Positions 18,393 to 27,545 of a stretch of DNA of 32,000 nucleotides are shown here, in pieces. Origin of the DNA: Promethearchaeota archaeon. GTDB lineage: Archaea; Asgardarchaeota; Lokiarchaeia; Sigyniarchaeales; SOKP01. The position numbers were made by a program, and so were the translations under genes. Location: NCBI GenBank assembly GCA_030606485.1, contig JAUWGH010000001.1:870001-902000 (forward strand), read 5' to 3'. The notes beneath the pieces are model-generated. The model was not told the origin of the DNA. It saw only the letters and a list, made by a program, of their open reading frames with translations, and did no database searches. How positions within the stretch are numbered: the first letter of the stretch is position 1; the number at the start of each line of letters is the position of its first letter.

Positions 18393-19313
18393 ATGTCTAA
18401 TCAAGAGAGTATTTATTACTGCCATCCAGTCTTTAGACCTCCTTCAGAAGCATATTCTCTTTTGATTCAAGCAACTGAAGGCTGTTCATTTCGGTGTACT
18501 TTCTGTATGTCAAACTTACGTAAGAAATTCATAATCAGAGACACTAAAGATATAAAGAAAGATTTGGATGTTGGAAGAAAAATTCATGGACCCAATATAA
18601 AAAAGATTTTCTTCTTGGATGGAAACGCAATGGTAATGTCCACGGAAAGATTATTAGAAATAACAAAGTATGCAAGAAGATTATTTCCATTTGTAAGATG
18701 TGGAGTATACGCTCACGCGAAAGATATTCTTAAGAAGTCTGATGAGGAATTGAGAGAATTAAATAAGGCAGGTTTAGGAATTGCCTATGTTGGATTCGAG
18801 TCTGGATACGATAAATTACTTAAAATGATGAATAAGCATACAACTAAGGAAGAGCTAATTTCAGCGAGTAAAAAATTAATGAAATCAGGTATTACACTTT
18901 CTGCAACATTAATATTAGGGTTAGGGGGTGATAATAAAGATTTATCTGAACTCTCTGCCATCAATTCTGCGAACTTAGTAAATAAAATCTGCCCAGATGA
19001 TGGCACACTTTGGTATATTGCTTGTTTAACTCTTATGGTACCTCCCGGTACTGAACTCTTTAAAAAAAAAGTAAAAAATGAATTTCACGAGATGGGAACT
19101 TTAGATATTTTAAAAGAATTATATCAATTTATTGAAAATATTAATTTTAAGAATAATCCTAATGCAAATTGCGTTTTTCGTACTAACCACGCTTCTAATT
19201 ATTTACCTATAGGAGGTATTTTAGATCAAGATAAATTTAAAATTCTTAAAACCATAAAAAAGGGTATAGAAAATCCGAGTATTTTGAGACCCGAATCCTA
19301 TCGTGCATTATAA
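18393..19313 (+). CDS. Radical SAM protein
   Basis: CxxxCxxC (CSFRCTFC), RPPSEA, FFLDGNA, GFESG and HASNY. Confidence 0.9.
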   Translation: MSNQESIYYCHPVFRPPSEAYSLLIQATEGCSFRCTFCMSNLRKKFIIRDTKDIKKDLDVGRKIHGPNIKKIFFLDGNAMVMSTERLLEITKYARRLFPFVRCGVYAHAKDILKKSDEELRELNKAGLGIAYVGFESGYDKLLKMMNKHTTKEELISASKKLMKSGITLSATLILGLGGDNKDLSELSAINSANLVNKICPDDGTLWYIACLTLMVPPGTELFKKKVKNEFHEMGTLDILKELYQFIENINFKNNPNANCVFRTNHASNYLPIGGILDQDKFKILKTIKKGIENPSILRPESYRAL

Positions 19314-19348
19314 ATAGGGTTTATAATTTGATTAAATATTTTATTCCT

Positions 19349-20089
19349 CTATTCTTCAAAAATTACAGTTTTAGTTTCTTTTATATAAACTCTTATCCAT
19401 GAATCTTTTTCCTTAATCATTTTTTTAATAATTTTTTCAAGCTCATATTCATTAATTAGGCATTCTTGGCTCAAGTCATAGAGGGACATTATATCCGAGG
19501 AAGCTCCGACTTCATTTACTTTCTTTTTTACTAATTCTGATTGTAATTTTTCAAAAAAGTTACTAAAAATGTTAAGTTTATCAGATTTAGCTTTCAAAAT
19601 CAAGGAACTGGTTGTTTCAATAACCTGGTTATAATTTAAGAAATTATATATTCCTAAGAGTTCATACGATTTTTTAATATAATCTAAAATAAGATTAATT
19701 TTTTGATTGATATCTTCTAGAAGTGATTTGTTTTTTTCCTTTAGAATTTGATTTTTAATAGATACATATTTTTTTAACACTTCTTCTAAATTTTCAGGAT
19801 TAAGGGTTATATAATTCATATTTAATAATTTAATTTCATAAGAATTGCGGAATTCTAGGATTTTTTGATTTATTAATTCATTTAATTCATTAAATCTCTG
19901 TAAGTAGGGCCCCAATCCAAAATCTTTATTTTCTCTGCGTAGTGTTAAGGCAGATTGACATTTATTTAAAGCAGATAGTAAATCATTTTCTGATAACTTT
20001 CGCTCAATAAAATTTTGATAAAAATTTAACTTTTGTTCGATATCTTTTTTACTTTTAAATTCTTTCGTTAACTCTCTAAAATATTTCAT
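19349..20089 (-). CDS. Helical-repeat protein with a C-terminal PCI-like winged helix
   Basis: All-helical N-terminal part. The C-terminus IMSLYDLSQECLINEYELEKIIKKMIKEKDSWIRVYIKETKTVIF fits a PCI winged-helix pattern. Confidence 0.5.
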   Translation of the reverse strand: MKYFRELTKEFKSKKDIEQKLNFYQNFIERKLSENDLLSALNKCQSALTLRRENKDFGLGPYLQRFNELNELINQKILEFRNSYEIKLLNMNYITLNPENLEEVLKKYVSIKNQILKEKNKSLLEDINQKINLILDYIKKSYELLGIYNFLNYNQVIETTSSLILKAKSDKLNIFSNFFEKLQSELVKKKVNEVGASSDIMSLYDLSQECLINEYELEKIIKKMIKEKDSWIRVYIKETKTVIFEE

Positions 20090-20490
20090 AGAACCCTTAC
20101 TACCTTTTATTATCTTATACTTATCTAAATTAAAAAATTTTTAACCCAATTGTAATATAATAGTTTAAAAATATCTCCCTTATAATACTTAATGTTTTTC
20201 AAATATATATAATTTATATTTCTAGTTTAATAGAATATGATATTTGAGCAATTGATTATTTTATATTTATAGTTTTCTTAGTAATCACTTTTAATAGATC
20301 TTAAAATAAAGTAAAAGAAAAGACCAGAAGAAGTTTTATTGGATTAATAAAGTGATATTTTCCATAAATTTATAAAATTATTATAGTTTACATTTTTCTA
20401 TAAATCGATTTTTATCTTTTTATAAATTGAAATTGAATAATATATAAATTTAATAACCGTATTTATAATTAATTTAGGTGAAAGTGAAAA

Positions 20491-21144
20491 TTGGCAGAAG
20501 AGATTGAAAAAATTCTCAAAAAAATTCTAGGAATTTGCGGATCTCCAAGAAAAAACCGATCTTGCGATTTCTTGGTAGAAGAAGCACTGAAAGGAGCTAA
20601 AGAAACAGATGAAACTATTGAAATTGAAAAAATTTATTTGGTGGATTATAAATTAGAGCAATGTACAGGTTGTGATCAATGCTTGCGGGAGCCGTATGAA
20701 TGTCCATTATCTGAAAATGATGATTTTAAGAAATTAGAAGAAAAAATATTAAGCGCTGATGCAATTTTTATAGCAGCTCCGTGCTATTTTGGGAGTGTAT
20801 CCGGTCTAACTAAAGTATTTATTGACCGCTCAAGACCTTGGAAAATGGCAAATTATAAATTAAAGGATATAATTTTTGCACCTATGGGAGCATCAGGCTT
20901 AAGAAATGGTGGTGCTGCAGGAGTTGTATCAGATTTAATAAATTTTGCCTTTATTCAAGGTATGGTTTGTTTTGGTGCGTTGGGGAATCCTGTAATAGAT
21001 GAGAACATTCCAATGACATCCTTACAAAAATATGGGCGTAAAGAATTCATAAAGAAGGGTGAAATCGACGAAATAGGGCAAAGAGTAGCGAAAAATATAG
21101 GTGTGAGAGCTGTAAATCTACTTTTAAAAATGAAAAATAAATGA
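20491..21144 (+). CDS. Iron-sulfur flavoprotein (Isf) / NADPH-dependent FMN reductase family
   Basis: GSPRKN, CTGCDQC-x6-C cluster motif, APCYFGSVSG and FIDRS. Confidence 0.88.
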   Translation: MAEEIEKILKKILGICGSPRKNRSCDFLVEEALKGAKETDETIEIEKIYLVDYKLEQCTGCDQCLREPYECPLSENDDFKKLEEKILSADAIFIAAPCYFGSVSGLTKVFIDRSRPWKMANYKLKDIIFAPMGASGLRNGGAAGVVSDLINFAFIQGMVCFGALGNPVIDENIPMTSLQKYGRKEFIKKGEIDEIGQRVAKNIGVRAVNLLLKMKNK

Positions 21145-21173
21145 AAACAAAAATAAGGATTTTTTATTTTTTG

Positions 21174-21524
21174 TTAATTTCGTGAACCACAAAATGGGCA
21201 AAATTCAGAATCCCCAATTGGTTTTCCACAATATTTACATTTTTTAGCAGAAACATCCATTTCCTTCTTTTCTTCTTCTTTTACTTCTTTTTTTTCTCCT
21301 GGCCAATGATAATTAATAATAACCCCGCTAACAACCAAAATTATGAATAATATAATATAAATTTCATATCTCATTGGAATAAATGTATCTATAAAATTTA
21401 ATACTGCTTCAATCCATAATTTCATCACTTCTCCGATTGGAGTTAAAACAACTTTTGAATATAGAAAAATGACTCCAATGAAGTCTGCAATCATTCTCAA
21501 AATATCAACTTGCAGTAATATCAT
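21174..21524 (-). CDS. Small membrane protein with a C-terminal zinc ribbon
   Basis: Hydrophobic segments followed by KKCKYCGK..FCPFCGS. Confidence 0.7.
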   Translation of the reverse strand: MILLQVDILRMIADFIGVIFLYSKVVLTPIGEVMKLWIEAVLNFIDTFIPMRYEIYIILFIILVVSGVIINYHWPGEKKEVKEEEKKEMDVSAKKCKYCGKPIGDSEFCPFCGSRN

Positions 21525-22058
21525 TTAGTTTGCACCTCCATCTTTACCAAAAGTAGATTCTGGTATATATACCTTCTCTTCCTTCTTTTCTATTCTTTTG
21601 CCAAACTCAACTTCAATTAACTTCCAAATTTTTGCAACTATTATTAAAGCATAAGCTCCCAAATAAAGCAATACTATTCCAGCAAAATCAAATGTAACTC
21701 TTCCAAGCCCCGGAATTTCAACACCAAATGCTGTTGCACCACTAAATTTGTAACTCCATAGATAAAAACAGTGCGCGACTACTAATAAAATACTAAATAC
21801 TATTTTCCTTCTTGATTCTTTTGGAGAAGACCATGAAAAAAATGCTAAACCACTTATTGTTAAGCCTAATGCTACAAGCCAGAATATAACAACAGCAATA
21901 TTTCCTTTAGCTATTTCGATGTCCAATATTTCATCTGGAGGTATAGGTATTACCATTTTATCCACATAATCAAATGTTAAGGCTGGTATCAACATAGTGG
22001 TTGTCATATATATAGCCATTCCAATAAAACCTCTGAAGATATTCTTCATTCCTCCCAT
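21525..22058 (-). CDS. Four-TM hypothetical membrane protein
   Basis: Four hydrophobic segments. It abuts its neighbours with 0-1 nt gaps. Confidence 0.7.
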   Translation of the reverse strand: MGGMKNIFRGFIGMAIYMTTTMLIPALTFDYVDKMVIPIPPDEILDIEIAKGNIAVVIFWLVALGLTISGLAFFSWSSPKESRRKIVFSILLVVAHCFYLWSYKFSGATAFGVEIPGLGRVTFDFAGIVLLYLGAYALIIVAKIWKLIEVEFGKRIEKKEEKVYIPESTFGKDGGAN

Positions 22059-22059
22059 T

Positions 22060-22575
22060 TTATGGACCTCCCAATGTTAGTGGTATATTTTTTAATTCAA
22101 CACTAAAAAAAAGTAATCGATATGTATAATAAGCAGAAATATTAAGATCCATTGTAAATGTTGGGGGATGAAAAATATCAATATCACCTGATGGAATAGA
22201 GAAATCCTCATCGGTAGCTGTAAAATTTCCCTCAAACTCAACACCGGGTCCAATCTCTGGATAAACTTCCTCATTATACATGATAATATGAGATAACGAT
22301 ACATTATAAGTCATATTAATTGAGATTCCTATCCTTAATTCATCAAGTGGAAAATATCCTGCATTAGTTATATTGAAAGGTATTGAAAGATACATAGGTT
22401 GGTAAAAATTTAATTGTGCAGTTATAGGACCAGACGGTATTTCTATATTTTCAGAAAAATCACTAAACACGGCTACAGCAGAGAGACCACCGAATAAACC
22501 TGTAAGAGTAAGAGAAATTGTCATCACCAATAAAGTAATTCTAAAAATTATACGACATATTTTTGAAACTCCCAT
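22060..22575 (-). CDS. Signal-anchored extracellular beta-rich protein (possibly LEA-2/WHy-like)
   Basis: N-terminal TM helix, the pattern IPFNITNAGYFPL and five N-x-S/T sequons. Confidence 0.6.
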   Translation of the reverse strand: MGVSKICRIIFRITLLVMTISLTLTGLFGGLSAVAVFSDFSENIEIPSGPITAQLNFYQPMYLSIPFNITNAGYFPLDELRIGISINMTYNVSLSHIIMYNEEVYPEIGPGVEFEGNFTATDEDFSIPSGDIDIFHPPTFTMDLNISAYYTYRLLFFSVELKNIPLTLGGP

Positions 22576-22691
22576 AAGAATACCCTTTTATTAGAAAAAA
22601 TTTTGTTAGATTATAATAATTAATATCAATTTTTTTTAATAATATTATGTTATCGTTATATTTTTTATAAGAGAATATTTAATTTTAAACC

Positions 22692-23954
22692 CTAATAACC
22701 TTTAGGATAAGGATCTTCGGGAATTTCTACTATTTTGAAAGTTTTCTTGGATAACACTTTAGGAAATTGTTTTCTTATTGTGCCCCAAAAAAAGTGTTTT
22801 GCTCTTTTCTTTTTTATTTTCTCGGACATTGGCTTTTCTCCAATAGCCATTTGTAATAATTCAATAATATGATAAATTTTCATTTTTTTCTTCATATACA
22901 ACTTTTGAACTGTTGAAAGTTGGGCTAAACAACCCGCACAATAAACGCATACAGCATCTGCTTTTGTCTTCTTAAAGTCTCTAATATTTCTGAATCCTGA
23001 TTTAATTAAATTCATTGGATGATATGCACTATCAACAGAGAACCCTCCACCAATGCCACAGCATCTCATGTTTTCTCTACAAGCATCTATCTCGATAACT
23101 TTCACACCTATTGCATTTAGTATTTTTCTTGGTAAATCCATATATCCATCGCCGAACATTTTACCATAACATGATTCTTGGATTGTAACTGTCATATCTA
23201 ATTTTTCCTTGATTTGAATTTCACCACTTTCAATTCGTTCCCAAAGATATTGAATATACGATTTAATTGACTCAAATTTATAAGTTAAACCGTAATGTGG
23301 CAAAACATTCATAAAAACATTTGTTCCAGCTGTGCAAAGAACAAGTAGATTTTTTGGCTTTAAAATGTTAAACCATTTATCCAATCTTTTAGCAACTTGT
23401 TTTATTTGATCTACATAGCCAGTGCGAAATAATGTTTCACCACAACAATATTCAAGCCGACCTCTTATATCAAGATCTTTAAAGAAACTTGCTTGAGTTA
23501 ATTCAGGATATGTAATTATATTGCAACCAGGATATGTCAATGTATCCTCAACTGGGCTTAAATTTTTCCATTTCTCTAAAATTTGCTTAGCGTTTTCTGA
23601 CATATGGTCAATTACATAAGTACGGAAATTTGGATAATAGGGATAATGTGTTATATAATATTTTGCTCTTTTTTTTAGTCCATTTTTTTCATATTGTTCA
23701 TTCCACCGCTTTAAGATAAGACTTGTAGGATGTGCATCAGTAGGACAGTAAAAATTGCAAGTGAAACAACTCTGGCACTTTTTTAAAACTTGTTCGGTTT
23801 CTTCACCAGCTATTAATTTTCTCATTTCATTTTTTGATTCTTCGACCGAAAATTCCATTATTGGACAATGAATTAGACATTCACCGCATAAATCACAAAC
23901 TTCTTCGTTAAAAGGGTCAAAAAATCTATTATTTATTGGTTTGATATTAGTCAT
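22692..23954 (-). CDS. HdrD/GlpC-like Fe-S oxidoreductase (two 4Fe-4S motifs plus two CCG domains)
   Basis: CDLCGECLIHCP, CQSCFTCNFYCP, YPGC, YCCG, ESC, CCGIGGG and YCAGC. Confidence 0.88.
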   Translation of the reverse strand: MTNIKPINNRFFDPFNEEVCDLCGECLIHCPIMEFSVEESKNEMRKLIAGEETEQVLKKCQSCFTCNFYCPTDAHPTSLILKRWNEQYEKNGLKKRAKYYITHYPYYPNFRTYVIDHMSENAKQILEKWKNLSPVEDTLTYPGCNIITYPELTQASFFKDLDIRGRLEYCCGETLFRTGYVDQIKQVAKRLDKWFNILKPKNLLVLCTAGTNVFMNVLPHYGLTYKFESIKSYIQYLWERIESGEIQIKEKLDMTVTIQESCYGKMFGDGYMDLPRKILNAIGVKVIEIDACRENMRCCGIGGGFSVDSAYHPMNLIKSGFRNIRDFKKTKADAVCVYCAGCLAQLSTVQKLYMKKKMKIYHIIELLQMAIGEKPMSEKIKKKRAKHFFWGTIRKQFPKVLSKKTFKIVEIPEDPYPKGY

Positions 23955-24060
23955 ATTACTTGAGAATGATATTTTTCAAAACATCAATAGAGATAGAATT
24001 TCTAAATTATTTAAGATATATGATTTTTTTTGTATAATTTTTTATTTCCTTGTTGAAATT

Positions 24061-25422
24061 TTAACGGGTTTTCATTATTGGCATCAAAATTCGAAACATT
24101 TTTGCATATAATTTTCGAACTGCAGAAATATTAAATAAACTTCGAATCAATTTTAAGATTTTATATTTTTTTGGATGGAAGGTGCTCATATTTTTATCAT
24201 ATATTATTCGCTTTATAAAGAAATTCGATTGAAATATAGATAAAAGCAATTGATATGTAATAATGGCGATTATATCCCAAGCTCGCTTGATATGGTCATG
24301 AGGGTAATTTATTTTCTCACCCATTGCCATTCTAACTATTTCTATTATGTGATAAACATCTATTTTTTTGTTTAAAAGTTCTTTGGCAGTCCACAATAGA
24401 TATATACACCCACTACAATAAGAGATTAAGGCTTTTGCTCCCGTTTCTTCCGCTTCATTATACTTTTTTTTTGTTTCAGAGATCATATTGAATATTAATG
24501 AAATATTATCCACCCAAGAAGCTCCTGCTCCAAATCCACAACATAATGAATTTTTTTTATTATGTTTCATTTCTAGAATTTTACAGCCGCATTTTTTAAG
24601 AATATCTCTTGGTTTTTCCCAATATACACCATTTAAAGGTTTAGAATAGCAATTGTCATGAATAGTGACTTTAAGATTTAATGGCTTAGGTAATTTTATG
24701 TCACCTGCATCAATCTTTTCTATAAGCCAATCATGAAAATTTATAAATTCTTGATCATGAGTTACTCTCATTTCTTTGGGATGCACTTCTTTAAAAATAT
24801 ATTGGACGGCATCTAAAATTGGAACGATAGTATTAGCTCCCCAATTATCAAAGTCTCTTTTTGTTCTTTCAGCAATCTTTTGAACGACATCCAGATATCC
24901 TCCTTGATAAAGATAAGCCCCTCCCTCCCATTGATCAATTCTATCTATAGGCTTAAAATAATTTAATAACTTACTTCCTCCAATTATAAATGGAAATAAA
25001 TGAGTATAATTTCCGATTAATAAAACCTTATCAGATGGTTTAGGAATATAATTCATCCATTCATCAATCCATCGTTTTTCTTTATTAGATAGGAAAATAT
25101 TTAGGAGTTGCCAAATGTTATGTTGCTCAGTAGGACAGACAAAACGATAGAGAGGAGGTACACCTCTCTCTTTGTATAAATCATTCCATCTTTCAAGGAT
25201 TAATTGATATGGATTTGCTTGTTGAGGACAATATAAATTACATGATAAACACGTAGTGCAAGTAGTAAGAACATATTTAGATTCCTTTCCCTCGATAAGA
25301 TTTTTCATTTCTAATTTTGCTTCTTCGATAGGCAGTTGTAAAACAGGACAGAGATGAAAACATAACCCACATAGATCACATTTATCCACTTTAAATCCGG
25401 AAACCCTTTTTTCTTTAATCAT
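24061..25422 (-). CDS. HdrD/GlpC-like Fe-S oxidoreductase paralogue with a degenerate first CCG domain
   Basis: CDLCGLCFHLCP, CTTCLSCNLYCP, HDNC, CCGFG and YCSGC. The first CCG domain reads QWEGG. Confidence 0.85.
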   Translation of the reverse strand: MIKEKRVSGFKVDKCDLCGLCFHLCPVLQLPIEEAKLEMKNLIEGKESKYVLTTCTTCLSCNLYCPQQANPYQLILERWNDLYKERGVPPLYRFVCPTEQHNIWQLLNIFLSNKEKRWIDEWMNYIPKPSDKVLLIGNYTHLFPFIIGGSKLLNYFKPIDRIDQWEGGAYLYQGGYLDVVQKIAERTKRDFDNWGANTIVPILDAVQYIFKEVHPKEMRVTHDQEFINFHDWLIEKIDAGDIKLPKPLNLKVTIHDNCYSKPLNGVYWEKPRDILKKCGCKILEMKHNKKNSLCCGFGAGASWVDNISLIFNMISETKKKYNEAEETGAKALISYCSGCIYLLWTAKELLNKKIDVYHIIEIVRMAMGEKINYPHDHIKRAWDIIAIITYQLLLSIFQSNFFIKRIIYDKNMSTFHPKKYKILKLIRSLFNISAVRKLYAKMFRILMPIMKTR

Positions 25423-25631
25423 TTTATCAATTATCTCAAATTATTGATATTTTTTAATTGATATTTATTAGTGAGTATTTTAATAAAATAGATTTCTCTT
25501 TCATTTAAATTGTATAAATAAAGTAATAATTTTTGATTGCTTTTTTTATTCAAATTACGAGAATTCTATGCATAAAAGTTTATATATTTCGAGAATAGAT
25601 TTTTAATAAATAACCATTAAAGGAGAATTTT

Positions 25632-27197
25632 ATGGAAAAATCTAAAAATGAATTAGAACCTTCACCAGAATTTCATATATCAAAAGAGAAAGTTATGGCG
25701 AACATAATAAAATTAATTCCTGAAATGAGAAAAGTCCGAAGAAAAGCTGAAAAGCTCTTATTAGAGATTCAAGAGCCAAAATTAAAAGTTCAAGCACCGA
25801 CTTCTGAAATTATTCAAAATGACTTGAAGAAAATATGTAGTGTTCCACATAGAAGAATAGGAACAAAAGAAGCACATGAGATTGAAAATTTTTTAGAAAG
25901 TAAATTTATTGAATTAGGGGTTGAAAATGTTAAGAAGGAACCGGTAAATATGATAAACTGGGTTGCTAAAAATTGGAAATTAAGTATTCTAAATAAAAAT
26001 GGAACTATTGAAATTCCTTGCTTTTATGTGCTGAATACCGAATTTACTGATAAAGACGGATTAACCGCTCCTATAGTTTATTTAAGAACGGGAAGAGATA
26101 AAGATTTTAAAAGGGTTGATGTTAAAGATAAAATTGTAGTTGCAGATATTAAATTTCCAACACTTCCTATTGGGAAAATAGTAAGTCTAGCTAAACCATA
26201 TTATGTTGCTGATCCTACTAATTCAATCGATGAAAATACGAAAATGATATTAACCTTTGCTTTATTGAATTTCCCACCACAAGCACTTGGGGGAAAACCA
26301 AGGGAAGATTCTGTTTATTGGCGTGCAGTAAGAAGAGGAGCATTAGGGTTAATCCTTATTTTGAGAGATTATCCATCAAATGTTAATAGTCATTGGGGTC
26401 CATATGATGGTTCTATGAAACCCGTTCCTGCTTTATATGTAGGAAAATATGATGGAATGAAAGTTAGGGAATTAGCCAAATTAAATAATTCTCAAGCTAC
26501 AATAATTCTTGAGGGGCGTAAGGAACCAAGCATAGCACATAACATTTGGGGTATATTACCTGGTCTATCTGATGAGATGATAATGGTATCTAGCCATCAT
26601 GATTCTGCATTTAAGGGTGCTTCTGAAGATGGAACTGGAGTTGCAATGGTTTTAGCTCAATTGAGAGCATGGTCCAAAATCCCGAAAAATGAAAGACCTC
26701 GCTCAATATTATTCATATTAACAACAGGTCATCTGTATGGAGGAATAGGAGCGGAATCATTTGCAAGAAAATATAAAGATGACCTTTTAAAGAATGTATT
26801 AGTAGATGTGAACTTAGAACATATGTGTGCAAAAGATGTTGATGAAGATCCTCAAACCCATAATTTTAAATTTACAAATGAACTTGCATTTGGGGCAGTA
26901 TTTCTATCTCAAAGAGTACAATTAGTAGCTCATACAATTAAAGCATTTAAAGAACATAAAATAGAGCGAATGATGTTAATCCCAGACAATTTTTTTGCAA
27001 CACCTCCTATTGGTGAAGCAGGTCATTTTACATCTCATAGTGATTTAAAAATAATTCATTGGATAAGGTCCCCCTATTACTTACTAACTGCAGAAGATAC
27101 ATTGGATAAAATTGATATGAATAAATTGAGTTCTACTGCTCAATGTGTCTCAGATTTAATTAATTCTCTAATGATTTTATCAAAGGAACGGTTTTAA
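25632..27197 (+). CDS. PA-domain M28-family peptidase-like protein with non-canonical metal ligands
   Basis: HRRIGT, a PA insert (DVKDKIVV..AVRRGALGLI), SSHHDS, GASEDGTG, TGH, NLEH and DTLDKI. An aaggag SD precedes the ATG. Confidence 0.8.
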   Translation: MEKSKNELEPSPEFHISKEKVMANIIKLIPEMRKVRRKAEKLLLEIQEPKLKVQAPTSEIIQNDLKKICSVPHRRIGTKEAHEIENFLESKFIELGVENVKKEPVNMINWVAKNWKLSILNKNGTIEIPCFYVLNTEFTDKDGLTAPIVYLRTGRDKDFKRVDVKDKIVVADIKFPTLPIGKIVSLAKPYYVADPTNSIDENTKMILTFALLNFPPQALGGKPREDSVYWRAVRRGALGLILILRDYPSNVNSHWGPYDGSMKPVPALYVGKYDGMKVRELAKLNNSQATIILEGRKEPSIAHNIWGILPGLSDEMIMVSSHHDSAFKGASEDGTGVAMVLAQLRAWSKIPKNERPRSILFILTTGHLYGGIGAESFARKYKDDLLKNVLVDVNLEHMCAKDVDEDPQTHNFKFTNELAFGAVFLSQRVQLVAHTIKAFKEHKIERMMLIPDNFFATPPIGEAGHFTSHSDLKIIHWIRSPYYLLTAEDTLDKIDMNKLSSTAQCVSDLINSLMILSKERF

Positions 27198-27545
27198 TTT
27201 TATTTTTATTTTTTCAATCTTTTGAATTACGTGTGCGACGAGAAATCATTAATTTCCTACAATTTATAGATTTAAATTATCTTTTTTTAGCGAGGTTTTA
27301 GATTTACCATATAAAGATCTTTTTTCAAGAGCAAAACATTAATGGTGACAATATCTTGAAAGGCAAATTGAAAATAATCTAAACAAATTTAGAGGCAACA
27401 ATTAATAAATTGAATTGTTATTATTTTAAAAAAGATTTTAATAAATTTATTTACTATTTTAAAAAAGGGTCTTAGAAATATTTTAAAAATCTAAACTAAT
27501 TCTTATAAAAAGATTTAAATAAAAAAAGTAGGATTTTGAGAAAAT

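Noticed and set aside
22692-25422. Evidence of methanogenesis from Hdr-like genes
   Set aside because: CCG-domain proteins are widespread in non-methanogens, and no hdrA/E, mcr or mvh genes are in the window.
27323-27361. 8-bp inverted repeat upstream of the first ATPase as a metal-sensing riboswitch
   Set aside because: The stem is short and AT-rich, and I could not see yybP-ykoY or M-box consensus elements.
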